NCBI RefSeq assembly: GCF_030013205.1
Contig: NZ_CP122648.1
Strand: one strand, 5' to 3'
DNA length: 64,000 nt
From: Escherichia coli
GTDB lineage: Bacteria > Pseudomonadota > Gammaproteobacteria > Enterobacterales > Enterobacteriaceae
The position numbers and the translations under genes were made by a program. This document shows positions 35,665 through 47,290 of this stretch, piece after piece. The first letter of the stretch is position 1; every line of letters begins with the position of its first letter. The notes beneath the pieces were generated by a model. It ran no database searches, was not told the origin of the DNA, and worked only from the letters and a program-made list of their open reading frames with translations.

Positions 35665-36026
35665 CATATTTTGCATTTGAATATTGGTCAGGATCTCACA
35701 CCTGCTTCATGTGAAACTCTTCCCTGATGATTTCTGCCGGGCTACCGGCTAGTTCTCTTTCGCAGTTTGCCAGGCGGTATAGGTATTTTCAGGAGGAAAA
35801 GACTCGGCATGTTTGGGATTATTAAGCTGACAATTCATACGATTACGGGAATGTGGGTCAGTATTGTGTTGTTTAAATTGATGACGAATGGCTGGAGTGG
35901 TTTCTACTTTCAGTGCTGTGTACTAAGCCTGGTATTCCTGACGGTTAGCTGGTTGTTGAGTGGTGAATGGTTAGCGGGAAAGAGTAAGGCTGAACCCTCA
36001 CGTTCAACCTTACTCTCATTTACACG

Positions 36027-39000
36027 TTACGCTTTTTTAAAGCGGGCAAAGAGATGTTCCACTACAACGAAAAAGACCGGAACGAAGTAAATTGCCAGCA
36101 CTGTTGCGGCAAACATCCCGCCCATCACGCCGGTACCTACCGCGTTTTGCGCGCCAGAACCGGCACCATGACTGATAACCAGCGGCAGCACGCCGAGAAT
36201 AAAGGCCAGAGAGGTCATCAGGATTGGGCGTAAACGCATCCGCGCCGCTTCGATGATTGCCTCTATCGGCGTTTTCCCTTCTTTCTGCATCATCTCAACG
36301 GCAAATTCGACAATCAGGATGGCGTTCTTGGCGGAAAGCCCGATGGTGGTCAGCAAACCAACCTGGAAGTAGACGTCATTACTTAAGCCGCGTAGATCGG
36401 TGGCCAGTAATGCGCCAACGACGCCTAACGGTACAACCAACATCACCGAGAACGGAATTGACCAGCTCTCATAAAGTGCGGCGAGGGCGAGGAACACCAC
36501 GACCAGTGAAATGGCATACAGCGCGGGAGCCTGATTTGAGGATAACGCTTCCTGATACGACAGTCCGGTCCATGAGTAGCCGACGCCTGCCGGAAGTTTA
36601 GCGACCAGGTCTGCCATAAATTTCATGGCGTCACCGGTACTTTTCCCGGCCGCCGCTTCACCTAAAATCTCCATTGACGGGATGCCGTTGTAGCGTTCCA
36701 GTCGCGGTGAACCATAGGTCCATTCGGTAGACGAATAGGCAGAAAGCGGTGCCATCGTGCCAGAGGCGTTGCGTACATACCATTGGTTGATGTTATCCGG
36801 CAACATACGGAACGGCGTGCCTGCCTGGACATACACTTTTTTCACCCGCCCCTGGTTGAGGAAGTCGTTCACGTAGCTGCTGCCGAAGGCGGTGGAAATT
36901 GTCTGGTTGATATCAGACAGCGCCACGCCCATCGCTTCAGCTTTCGCGGCGTTGACGTTCACTTTGAACATCGGCGTATCTTCCAGTCCGTTCGGACGTA
37001 CCCCGGTGACTTGATTCGGTGATTGCGCTGCCAGTGATAATAGCTCGTTTCGCGCCTGGGTCAGTTTTTCGTGCCCCAGGTTGCCGTTGTCCAGCAGTTC
37101 CATATCAAAACCTGACGCGGTACCCAGTTCAGCCACCGCGGGTAAGTTGAACGGGAAGACGACGGCTTTATTGATACTGCTTAACGCAATCATTGCCCGC
37201 TGAATGATCGCGGTAACCGAGTTTTCCTCACCGACACGTTCAGACCACGGCTTGAGACTGATAAACGCCAGACCGTTGTTTTGCCCCTGGCCGCTGAAGC
37301 CAAAGCCGCCAACGGTAAACACCGACTGAACATTATCTTTCTCTTTAGTCAGATAATAATCCGTCACCTGTTGCAGCACTTTCGTGGTGTTAACCATGGT
37401 GGCACCGGAAGGTAACTGCGCGGTGGTCATAAATACCCCCTGATCCTCTTCTGGTAAGAAAGAGGTCGGCGTACGCAGGAACAGCACCGCCATCCCAGCG
37501 CAAATCAGCAGGTAGACCACCATGTAGCGACCGGTACAACGCAACAGCGAGCGGGTGCTGTCGGTATAGTGCTGAGTTGATTTTTCAAACAGCGTGTTGA
37601 AGCGTGCGAACAGGGCGTTAGGTTTATGACCGCCTTCCGGCGCGGCTTTCAGAATGGTGGCGCACAGGGCAGGGGTCAGGCTCATTGCCACAAATACTGA
37701 AAGCAGCATGGAGGAGATCAGCGTGATGGAGAACTGGCGGTAGATCTCCCCGGTTGCACCGCTCATAAAGGCCATCGGCATAAACACTGCGGAAAGAACA
37801 ACGGCAATCCCGACCAGCGCACGTTGGATCTGCCCCATCGATTTATGCGTCGCTTCCTTCGGCGGTAGCTTATCTTCCGCAATGACACGCTCGACGTTCT
37901 CCACCACCACGATGGCGTCATCCACCAGTAACCCTATCGCCAGCACCATCCCGAACATAGTTAACGTGTTGATGGTGAAACCGACCGCCGACAAGATCGC
38001 AAACGTCCCGAGAATAACCACCGGTACGGCAATCGTCGGGATGATTGTGGCACGGAAATTCTGCAAAAACAGATACATGACCAGGAAGACGAGGATGATA
38101 GCCTCAACCAGTGTTTTGAAAACTTCCTGAATAGAAATTTCGATAAACGGCGTGGTGTCGTAAGGATAAACCGTCTTCAGACTTGCCGGGAAATAGGCTG
38201 ATAAGCGGTTCAGTTCCTCTTTGACTGCCCGCGAGGTATCCAGGGCGTTTGCTCCGGCAGCCAGTTTGATGGCGATCCCGGCAGCAGGTTTGCCGTTATA
38301 GCGCGCCACGGTGGAATAATCTTCCGCCCCAAGTTCGACGCGGGCGACATCACGCAGCAGCACTTGCGAACCATCTTGCTGAACTTTCAACAGGATTTTG
38401 CCAAATTCTTCCGGCGTTTGCAGACGCGTCTGCACAATGATCGAGGCGTTTAGTTGCTGGTCTGCCGCCTGTGGCATGCCACCCAGTTGACCACCGGAAA
38501 TCTGGTTGTTTTGCACCTTAATCTGGGAAATAACATCGGAAGGTACCAGATTGTATTTATTGAGTTTTTGCGGGTCCAGCCAGATACGCATGGCGTACTC
38601 GGAACCAAAGAGCTGTACGCTACCAACGCCCGCGGTACGGCTTAGCGGGTCTTTGATATTAGACGCTACATAGTCCGCGATATCGTACTGGTTGAGGCTG
38701 CCGTTATCAGAAATAAACGCCGCTACCATCAGAATATTACTGCTCGACTTATCAACGCTAATCCCCTGCTGCTGCACCGCTTCAGGTAATGAAGGCATAG
38801 CGAGTTGCAGTTTATTTTGCACCTGAACCTGTGCGATATCAGGAGATGTCCCAGTCTCGAAGGTCAGAGTGATAGAGGCATTACCCGCCGCATCACTGGT
38901 TGAAGACATGTACATCAGGCCATCAAGCCCATTCATATTTTGCTCAATCACCTGAGTGACCGAGTCTTCTACCGTTTGCGCATCGGCACCTGGATAGGTA

Positions 39001-39140
39001 GCGCTGACGGTAATGGTCGGTGGCGCAATCTGCGGATACTGCGCAACCGGTAAGTTCATGATCGCCAGACCACCTGCAAGCATCATAATAATGGCAAGTA
39101 CCCAGGCAAAAACCGGGCGATCAATAAAATAGTTAGCCAT
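36027..39140 (-). CDS. mdtF: RND multidrug efflux pump, inner-membrane transporter
   Basis: 1037-aa AcrB-family ORF. Confidence 0.93.
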
Positions 39141-39164
39141 GAAAGTCCCCTTAAGCCTGCAACG

Positions 39165-40322
39165 TTATTGTTTCGATTCGGTGCTGGCGTTTTCCTGGCT
39201 GGAGGAAATTGCTCGTGCTTTGATACCCGGACGAATGCGTTGCAAACCGGAAACGATCACCCGATCGCCAGCCTGCAAGCCAGAGGTGACAACCCACTGG
39301 TCGCCGATGGCTTTGCTGGCTTCGATTTCGCGTAGCTGCACGACATCGTCTTTATCCAGAATGAGCGCCGTTGCTTTACCCTGGGCGTTGTGGGTGACGC
39401 CTTCCTGCGGCACCAGTAATACATTCTGGCGGCTACCTTCATCCACTAATGCCGTAACGTACATGCCAGGCAGCAAGTCACCATTTGGGTTGGGGAAAAT
39501 CGCCCGTAACGTCACGGAGCCCGTGGTTTCATCCACCGTCGGGTCGGAGAATTTCAGCGTGCCGGTCTGGCTGTAACGTTTACCATTTTCCAGATTGAGC
39601 TGTACTGGCGTACTGCCCTGAACCTGTTTGATTTGCCCACTGGCGACCTCTTCTTTCATACGCAAGAAATCCTGCACCGACTGCGTGAGATCGACATAAA
39701 TCGGGTCCAGACGTTGTACGGTAACCAGCGAATCTGCCTGATTAGCGGTAACGAGTGCGCCGACGGTCACCGACGATTTCCCGCTGACGCCCGTAATCGG
39801 CGAGGTGACATTCGCGTATTGCAAATTGATCGTCGCCTGTTCAACAGCCGCTTTGGCGACGGTGACATTGGCTTCTGCTTCATTCAGCTGGGTGCGCGCG
39901 GTGTCGTAATCCTGACGGCTAACGTAGTTGGTCTTCAGCAACGATGCCTGGCGGTTAAAGGTGATGCGGGCATTGCTGGCGGTAGAGAGCGCTTTCGCCA
40001 GCGTGCCTTTGGCGGAGTTCAGCTCGGCCTGTAAAGGTGCAGGATCAATCTGATACAGCGAATCGCCCTGGTTCACTTTATCGCCTTCGATAAAGTTGCG
40101 TTTAATGATAATACCGCCAACCTGGGGACGTATCTCGGCAACTTCATAAGGAACGGTTCTACCGGGCAATTCGCTCAATACATTGACCGAACCGGGGGAG
40201 AGTGTGACGACACCGACCTCAGGCGTCATGGCGGCGGCGTTTTCCGCCGATTTGTCATCGCAGGCGGTGAGCATCGCGCCGCAGAATAACAACGGTATTA
40301 ACAGCTTTCTTCTTCTGTTCAT
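39165..40322 (-). CDS. mdtE: RND efflux periplasmic adaptor (membrane fusion protein) lipoprotein
   Basis: 385 aa; lipobox LTAC; AcrA-like. Confidence 0.93.
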   Translation of the reverse strand: MNRRRKLLIPLLFCGAMLTACDDKSAENAAAMTPEVGVVTLSPGSVNVLSELPGRTVPYEVAEIRPQVGGIIIKRNFIEGDKVNQGDSLYQIDPAPLQAELNSAKGTLAKALSTASNARITFNRQASLLKTNYVSRQDYDTARTQLNEAEANVTVAKAAVEQATINLQYANVTSPITGVSGKSSVTVGALVTANQADSLVTVQRLDPIYVDLTQSVQDFLRMKEEVASGQIKQVQGSTPVQLNLENGKRYSQTGTLKFSDPTVDETTGSVTLRAIFPNPNGDLLPGMYVTALVDEGSRQNVLLVPQEGVTHNAQGKATALILDKDDVVQLREIEASKAIGDQWVVTSGLQAGDRVIVSGLQRIRPGIKARAISSSQENASTESKQ

Positions 40323-40660
40323 TTTAGTCCCTGAAAATTCTTGAGAAATAACGGTTCTTTAAATTGCGCGCGAGGAGAGATATGAGGGATTTACAGACCA
40401 GCGGCATAGTGGGGTTGTCAGCCAGTAAGGTGGGATACAGGCATAGTGATCGACATGGTGAGGTCAACGACAAAAAAAATGTTGCCGTTCTGCCAACAGT
40501 TCCTGCCAGCATTCGGGCAACGAAGGGTTCTACTGGTGGATACACATACCAGGGGAATAAAGTCGTTTTAACCTCTCCTTTAGTAATCACCGGGGGTAAT
40601 GAAATCAGCATCTGCATCCCTCGTCATGCCAGCCATCAATTTCAGTTGCTTATGTCCTGA

Positions 40661-41188
40661 CTAAAAATAAGATGTGATACCCAGGGTGACGATGTCGCTC
40701 ATACGTCTTAGTTTCAGCTTGTACATAATGTTGAATTTCTGAATCTTTAATGTTTGTTGCGAAATATTGAGCGTCGACGTGATATTGCTTTCATTTTTAT
40801 TTTTCAGAATCAGTTGCATAATTTTGAACTGATTATGTGAAAAACATAATTGTGAATTCTTATGGGGCAAGTGTTTACCATAAGTAATCTCAAGAAGATT
40901 TTTGATACTTTCTTTGCGGCTGACAAAATAAATAGGCGCTTTAGCTTTTAGTTTACTGATGTGATAAGGTGCCAAAACAATAATTCTCTCGGCATCTAAT
41001 TTCTCCAGAAATTTAATCGCTTCTTCATCAAGGATATGATTGTGATAGGTATCAATGATAACCTTGAAGGGTTTATTGCCTACTTTTTTGATCTCTGACA
41101 GGGAATTGATTTTTATCATTTCGTGATTATCTTTCAACTGCCAAAAGCCCTGTAAAAGAAAAGAATCTTTCGTCATGAGAAAAATCAT
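40661..41188 (-). CDS. gadE: LuxR-family acid-resistance activator
   Basis: ORF 40661..41266 trimmed to the ATG at 41188 (MIFLMTKDSF..., 175 aa); AT-rich. Confidence 0.88.
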   Translation of the reverse strand: MIFLMTKDSFLLQGFWQLKDNHEMIKINSLSEIKKVGNKPFKVIIDTYHNHILDEEAIKFLEKLDAERIIVLAPYHISKLKAKAPIYFVSRKESIKNLLEITYGKHLPHKNSQLCFSHNQFKIMQLILKNKNESNITSTLNISQQTLKIQKFNIMYKLKLRRMSDIVTLGITSYF

Positions 41189-41986
41189 AACTTGCTCCTT
41201 AGCCGTTATCGTTTCGAACATGTCATCCTTTTCATTATTTACATCCTTGTCCGAATCGTTGTTCAATATAGTAAACGCCTATAAGAACTTTGCCCTTCGT
41301 GAACTAATACGTCTATTAACACTAATCAATGCTTCAGATTTATCCATCACACACTCCATATATTGATCCTAAGTAAAATTCCTGGTTGTTATCAGTTTGC
41401 AAACGGCAAACAAAAACTTAACGTTTACGGATTACTGCCCAAGAATAAGTTATCAATAACCAGTTTGTGATCTCTGAAGAATATTACTAAAGTTAAAATG
41501 TAATCCGATTTAAATATCGAGTCTCCTTGTTTCGACTTAAGCTGGCAATTGGATTGCCAGCTTTCTTTTAACGCATTGAAATTACCTGAGTAAATAACTC
41601 ATTCATGTCTTCAGGTTTTTATATAGCGTCTGGAGACACGGATATTTATGCAATGTAATCAACGCCAGTTGCAAAAAAATGAACCCGGATTACTTATTTA
41701 ACCGCCCATAGCATCAACGCTTACGGAACTCTTTGTTCACTTTCCCACAGCACTTTTAAAACATTAAACCTGACTACGGAAAATATCAGCCATGATAATG
41801 TTTGAAATGGCTAATTTGCCATGGAATGAAAAAAATTAGATGAAATTCAGTAGGTTGAAATAATCATCAGCAGGTAATTATTTCAATGATAGTGCGCAAT
41901 TGATCTACAACGCTGTGTAGCGGAGAGAGTATTAATCGGATCATAGTCACATCAAGTGACTATGATCCGGGTGACAACAGGAATAA

Positions 41987-42559
41987 TTATTGCTGCTTAA
42001 CGAACAAACTGGCGAAGCTGAACAGGCTGGCGGCGCTAAATATCAGTTCAATACCCACCAGTGTGGAAACCAAAGTTACAGACACCATCGGCGTTGCACC
42101 AAGGAATATCCATGCAATGACGATATCCAGCACACCAATAACGAGCTGTAGCCAGCTGCCTTTCATTGAACGCTGACGATACCAACTCATCAGGCGAATA
42201 ACCCCTGCAACACAGAACAAACCGGCAATAAATGCCGCAATGGCAAAAATGCCCAGCTCCGGTGCGCGGATGAAGAAATAGCCGATCAATAAATAGGCGA
42301 CTGCGACGAGGAAACCGGATAATACCGGCCAGAAATTATGACTGCGGTTGCTGAATAATCCAACAATAAGCGCAACGCCCGAGCAGATTAATAATGCACC
42401 CACTACCGTGCTTAAAATATCGCCAGAGACGAACGGGAAACTGATACACAGCAACCCGACGATAAACAGCAACACGGCAATAAACTGGATTGCTCTGCGA
42501 TGCTTTTTCAGCATCTCCAGATCAAACTTCAAAATTGTTGCCTTATCTATATATAACAT
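41987..42559 (-). CDS. hdeD: acid-resistance membrane protein
   Basis: 190 aa, multi-TM; divergent from hdeAB. Confidence 0.9.
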   Translation of the reverse strand: MLYIDKATILKFDLEMLKKHRRAIQFIAVLLFIVGLLCISFPFVSGDILSTVVGALLICSGVALIVGLFSNRSHNFWPVLSGFLVAVAYLLIGYFFIRAPELGIFAIAAFIAGLFCVAGVIRLMSWYRQRSMKGSWLQLVIGVLDIVIAWIFLGATPMVSVTLVSTLVGIELIFSAASLFSFASLFVKQQ

Positions 42560-42813
42560 AGAACCACCCTATAAAATTAAGAAGAAAATCCCCTGCTATC
42601 AATCTATGCCAAAAACGCGTCTAAGAATGCAGTCGATTTAATAAAAATTTCCTAATTACAGTATCTGATGCATCTGTAACTCATTGTATTGAAATAAAAA
42701 TATCTGATTTTGATATTTTCCATCAACATGACATATACAGAAAACCAGGTTATAACCTCAGTGTCGAAATTGATTCGTGACGGCTCTTTCACTTTATAGT
42801 TGAGGATATTACG

Positions 42814-43146
42814 ATGAAAAAAGTATTAGGCGTTATTCTTGGTGGTCTGCTTCTTCTGCCAGTTGTGAGCAATGCAGCGGATGCGCAAAAAGCAGCTGAT
42901 AACAAAAAACCGGTCAACTCCTGGACCTGTGAAGATTTCCTGGCTGTGGACGAATCCTTCCAGCCAACTGCAGTTGGTTTTGCTGAAGCGCTGAACAACA
43001 AAGATAAACCAGAAGATGCGGTTTTAGATGTTCAGGGTATTGCAACCGTAACCCCAGCTATCGTTCAGGCTTGTACTCAGGATAAACAAGCCAACTTTAA
43101 AGATAAAGTTAAAGGCGAGTGGGACAAAATTAAGAAAGATATGTAA
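42814..43146 (+). CDS. hdeA: periplasmic acid-stress chaperone
   Basis: 110 aa with signal peptide (MKKVLGVILGGLLLLPVVSNA). Confidence 0.93.
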   Translation: MKKVLGVILGGLLLLPVVSNAADAQKAADNKKPVNSWTCEDFLAVDESFQPTAVGFAEALNNKDKPEDAVLDVQGIATVTPAIVQACTQDKQANFKDKVKGEWDKIKKDM

Positions 43147-43261
43147 TTCCGGGAATGCGTTACATCGTACTTCCTTGCATATTGAACAGGCCGGAATATC
43201 TTCTTTAAAAGCAGCTATTCCTCCTGTTCATATATAATCTCTATATTGAATGGGTTACAAA

Positions 43262-43588
43262 ATGAATATTTCATCTCTCCGTAAAGCGTTTATTTTTATG
43301 GGCGCTGTAGCGGCTTTGTCACTGGTGAACGCACAATCTGCGCTGGCAGCCAATGAATCCGCTAAAGATATGACCTGCCAGGAATTTATTGATCTGAATC
43401 CAAAAGCAATGACACCGGTTGCATGGTGGATGCTGCATGAAGAGACAGTATATAAAGGTGGCGATACCGTTACTTTAAATGAAACCGATCTCACTCAAAT
43501 TCCTAAAGTGATCGAATACTGCAAGAAAAACCCGCAGAAAAATTTGTATACCTTCAAAAATCAAGCATCTAATGACTTGCCGAATTAA
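43262..43588 (+). CDS. hdeB: periplasmic acid-stress chaperone
   Basis: 108-aa product starting MNISSLRKAF within ORF 43250..43588. Confidence 0.9.
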   Translation: MNISSLRKAFIFMGAVAALSLVNAQSALAANESAKDMTCQEFIDLNPKAMTPVAWWMLHEETVYKGGDTVTLNETDLTQIPKVIEYCKKNPQKNLYTFKNQASNDLPN

Positions 43589-43604
43589 TGAGGTACAAGT
43601 AAAA

Positions 43605-43649
43605 AGGAGTAGCAAGTTGAGCCATCTTGCTGCTCCTTTTTGCTTTTTT
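43605..43649 (+). terminator. rho-independent terminator after hdeAB
   Basis: AGGAGTAGCAAG ... CTTGCTGCTCCT stem followed by T-runs. Confidence 0.7.
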
Positions 43650-43651
43650 AT

Positions 43652-44299
43652 ATGACAGCAGAATTTATTATACGTCTTATACTCGCAGCAATTGCCTGTG
43701 GCGCTATTGGCATGGAAAGGCAAATGCGCGGCAAAGGAGCAGGGTTACGCACACATGTATTAATTGGCATGGGAAGCGCCCTGTTTATGATTGTTTCGAA
43801 ATATGGTTTTGCTGACGTGCTGTCTTTAAATCACGTCGGACTGGACCCCAGCCGTATTGCTGCTCAGGTGGTGACGGGCGTCGGGTTTATCGGCGCAGGT
43901 AACATTCTCGTTCGTAACCAAAATATTGTAGGTCTGACGACGGCAGCGGATATCTGGGTGACCGCCGCCATTGGTATGGTTATTGGTAGCGGTATGTACG
44001 AACTGGGCATTTATGGTTCAGTGATGACCTTGCTGGTGCTGGAAGTCTTCCATCAATTAACCTTCCGCCTGATGAACAAAAATTACCATTTACAGCTGAC
44101 ATTAGTGAACGGTAATACGGTATCAATGCTCGACTGGTTTAAGCAGCAAAAAATAAAAACGGATTTAGTTTCGTTGCAGGAAAGTGAAGATCATGAAGTG
44201 GTCGCCATTGATATCCAGCTTCATGCCACAACGTCGATAGAAGATCTGTTGCGATTATTAAAAGAGATGGCAGGGGTGAAAGGCGTTTCAATTAGCTAA
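43652..44299 (+). CDS. yhiD: MgtC/SapB-family inner membrane protein
   Basis: 215-aa product from the ATG at 43652 (MTAEFIIRLILAA...). Confidence 0.85.
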   Translation: MTAEFIIRLILAAIACGAIGMERQMRGKGAGLRTHVLIGMGSALFMIVSKYGFADVLSLNHVGLDPSRIAAQVVTGVGFIGAGNILVRNQNIVGLTTAADIWVTAAIGMVIGSGMYELGIYGSVMTLLVLEVFHQLTFRLMNKNYHLQLTLVNGNTVSMLDWFKQQKIKTDLVSLQESEDHEVVAIDIQLHATTSIEDLLRLLKEMAGVKGVSIS

Positions 44300-44350
44300 T
44301 CTGTATAGTTATTTATTCACAGGAGTACCAGAGCGGTACTCCTGTTGGTT

Positions 44351-45121
44351 TTAATGATCGAGGACGATCAGTGGTGAATGGTTGGCAGGATCTTTAAGTA
44401 CGGTAATATCCGCGCCGTAGAGCATTGTCAGCGCCTGCTGTGTCAATACGTCCTGCGGTTTACCATTTGCGATAACCTTTCCTTTTTGCATTAATACAAT
44501 ACGGTCTGCATAACGCGCGGCAAGATTTAGATCGTGCAATACGCAGCAAACATTGAACTGCCGTTCGTGAACTAACTGGCGTAATAAACGGAACAAGTGC
44601 TGCTGATGGTGAATATCCAGCGCCGAAGTTGGTTCATCAAGAAATAACCATTTCGGTGAGGGAGTAGGTTCCCAGAGTTGCACCAGCAGGCGCGCTAATT
44701 GTACGCGCTGTTGTTCACCACCGGATAATTGCCGATAGTCGCGGTTTGCTAACGCCTGACAGTCACATAACGCCATTATTTGTGCTGTTTCATTATCCTG
44801 ATTACCAGTACGATGCGGATGCCGACCCATCTGGATAACTTCTTGTACGCTGAATGGAAACGCCATGTGGCTATTTTGACGCATCACGGCCCGGTGTTTC
44901 GCCAGTTCAGTAATCGACCATTCATTTAATGGCTTATTAAACAACCGACATTCGCCGCTATCAGGTTGAAGATAGCCGGTTAACTGGCGAAGCAGCGTAG
45001 ATTTTCCCGCACCATTAGGGCCGAGAATGGCAACAATTTCCCCACCGGGAAAAGTCAGCGAGACATTGTCAGTCAGACGCCGCCCCTGAAGGCTATAAAC
45101 CAGATTCTGGGCGCTGATCAT
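44351..45121 (-). CDS. chuV: haem ABC transporter ATP-binding protein
   Basis: 256 aa from the internal ATG ([11 protein letters not shown]...); Walker [10 protein letters not shown]; signature LSGGEQQR; 4-nt overlap with the upstream permease gene. Confidence 0.85.
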   Translation of the reverse strand: MISAQNLVYSLQGRRLTDNVSLTFPGGEIVAILGPNGAGKSTLLRQLTGYLQPDSGECRLFNKPLNEWSITELAKHRAVMRQNSHMAFPFSVQEVIQMGRHPHRTGNQDNETAQIMALCDCQALANRDYRQLSGGEQQRVQLARLLVQLWEPTPSPKWLFLDEPTSALDIHHQQHLFRLLRQLVHERQFNVCCVLHDLNLAARYADRIVLMQKGKVIANGKPQDVLTQQALTMLYGADITVLKDPANHSPLIVLDH

Positions 45122-46110
45122 GTGATCCTCCGGTTGCGCAGAATCAACCACATAAAATAAGGACCGCCAAGCAGGCTGGTTAATAATCCCACGGGCATTT
45201 CTGCTGGCTGTACCAGCGTGCGGGCAAGCGTGTCTGCCATCAGCAATAAACAGGCTCCGGCGAGGGCGGAGCAAGGGATTAGCCAGCGGTGATTTGCCCC
45301 GGTAGTCATACGAATCAGATGCGGGATCACCAGGCCAATAAAGCCGATAATGCCGCTTACCGATACGGCGGCACCAACGAGCAGTGAGCTCACTAACAGT
45401 AATTGCTGGCGTTTACGCTTAACGTTCACGCCGAGGTAGTGGGCTTCTTCATCACCGAGCTGCAGTAAATTCAGCGTTCCGGCGAGACAAGTTGTTGCGA
45501 TAATGGCCGGTAGGATGAATGAACTGGCAACCAATAACGTCGGCCATTGCGCCTTTCCAAGATTGCCCATCATCCACAATGTGAGTTGTCGTAGCTGCTG
45601 CTCATCGCCGATATAGCTCAGGATGCCGATCGCTGCGCCGCACAGGGCATTGATGGCGATACCGGCGAGTAATAATTGCATCATGCTGCCATCGCGATGG
45701 CGCTGCGTGATGAGAAAAATGATGGTGCAGACCACTAAACTTCCGGCAATGGCAAACACCATTTGCTCATAGAGCACCAGCACCACTGGGAAGGAGAAGG
45801 GCAGCACAATAGCAACGCCAACCATTAATGCAGAACCGCTACTGACGCCGAGTAATCCAGGGTCAGCCATTGGGTTGCGAAAAAGCCCCTGCATAATTAC
45901 CCCGGCGGTTGCCAACGCTGCACCTACCAGCACCGCCAGCAAAACCCGTGGTAGACGAATATTGAGCCAGATATCGCGGTATTCCTCATCAAAAAGGGCA
46001 TCAAAACTGATCTTTAACGCTCCCTGACTGGCACCGAACAGCACCAGGGCAAGCAATAATAGTGATAGCCCCATAAAGACCCTGGCGGATGAAAATGAAT
46101 CCTTGAGCAC
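45118..46110 (-). CDS. chuU: haem ABC transporter permease (FecCD family)
   Basis: 330-aa polytopic ORF, translationally coupled to chuV. Confidence 0.85.
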   Translation of the reverse strand: MLKDSFSSARVFMGLSLLLLALVLFGASQGALKISFDALFDEEYRDIWLNIRLPRVLLAVLVGAALATAGVIMQGLFRNPMADPGLLGVSSGSALMVGVAIVLPFSFPVVLVLYEQMVFAIAGSLVVCTIIFLITQRHRDGSMMQLLLAGIAINALCGAAIGILSYIGDEQQLRQLTLWMMGNLGKAQWPTLLVASSFILPAIIATTCLAGTLNLLQLGDEEAHYLGVNVKRKRQQLLLVSSLLVGAAVSVSGIIGFIGLVIPHLIRMTTGANHRWLIPCSALAGACLLLMADTLARTLVQPAEMPVGLLTSLLGGPYFMWLILRNRRIT

Positions 46111-46160
46111 GCAAAACTCCGTTATGACGTTGCGGCGCGGAGAGTCTGCGCCGCATGGGA

Positions 46161-46784
46161 TTACGCCGGTTTCAGGTCAGGTTCAATCAGACTGTAGATC
46201 TGCTTGTTGAGTGCTGGCGCGTTTGCCAGTTCATGAATGTGTGCAGCGACATCGGCACGGTGAACAAAACCATGACACTCCTGATTTTGTATCCGTTGTG
46301 CTTTGCCCGTTGCCGCCCCATCAAGCAGACCGCCAGGGCGGAGAATGGCGTAATCAAGCTGGCTGGTTTGCAACCAGCTTTCCGCCAGCGTTTTTTCCCG
46401 TACCGCCTGACCAAACGCAGCCTTTGCCCGCTCCGATAAAAACGGCCAGCTATCGCCGCATCCCAAAGAGGTCACCAGAATCATGCGACTGATGCCGGCC
46501 TTTTCGGCCTCATCAATCACTGTTCTGTGCGCCAGATAATCCTGAGCTCCTCCCATTGTTGAGATGATAAGCGCATCCGGGCCAGCTGCGCGGCAAGCAG
46601 CCGCAACTACGCTGGCATCACAGGCGTCGCCTGTAAAAACCTGTACGCCTTGTTGCGCCAGTTTCGTGGCGGCATCGGCATGACGAACGACAGCAACGAC
46701 CGGACGTTGTTCCGCCAGCGCCAGTTCAAGCGTTCTGGCACCCACACCTTTTCCGCCTGCGCCAAAGAGTAGCCACGGCGTCAT
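46161..46784 (-). CDS. chuY: NAD(P)-binding Rossmann-fold protein of the haem-utilisation operon (anaerobilin reductase-like)
   Basis: 207 aa with N-terminal GAGGKGVG dinucleotide-binding motif; 1-nt overlap with chuX. Confidence 0.75.
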   Translation of the reverse strand: MTPWLLFGAGGKGVGARTLELALAEQRPVVAVVRHADAATKLAQQGVQVFTGDACDASVVAAACRAAGPDALIISTMGGAQDYLAHRTVIDEAEKAGISRMILVTSLGCGDSWPFLSERAKAAFGQAVREKTLAESWLQTSQLDYAILRPGGLLDGAATGKAQRIQNQECHGFVHRADVAAHIHELANAPALNKQIYSLIEPDLKPA

Positions 46785-47278
46785 CAGGCGTGTTCCTTTA
46801 ACGATGCCGCCAGAGCATGGAAAGCGTTGACCTGTTCGCTCAGGAGCTGACGATGGTCATCCCTGCCGAGGAAGATTTTCAGCATGGCGCTGCCTTCCTT
46901 ATTGAAAAAGAGAATAGAGGCGGTGTCCATGCCCATAAATTTACGTTCGATCAAGGCAATATGCGTGCAGTTTTCTGCTTTGATATGCCCGGACATGCCG
47001 TGCTTTCCGCGTAGGTTGAAATAGCCGTGGCGGTGGAAACCCGAAGGCAGTTCGCCGCTAAATTCGAGGATTACATCGGCAGTATGTACTAACGTGGTGA
47101 CGTTGCCCCATTCGCAGACGGTATCCCAGACAGTATCGAATTTATCGCCTGACACTATGGTAGAGGAGGGCAGATTTTTCACTACTTCCAGCAGTGTGGT
47201 GTTGTATTGTTCGGCTACCACCTCCAGCGTACCGTCCGGCTCCGTTTTCAAAAATTCTTGTAACGAGACATGGCTCAT
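46784..47278 (-). CDS. chuX: small cytoplasmic haem-binding protein
   Basis: 164-aa ORF between chuW and chuY in the operon. Confidence 0.75.
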   Translation of the reverse strand: MSHVSLQEFLKTEPDGTLEVVAEQYNTTLLEVVKNLPSSTIVSGDKFDTVWDTVCEWGNVTTLVHTADVILEFSGELPSGFHRHGYFNLRGKHGMSGHIKAENCTHIALIERKFMGMDTASILFFNKEGSAMLKIFLGRDDHRQLLSEQVNAFHALAASLKEHA

Positions 47279-47290
47279 AAATCACTCCTG

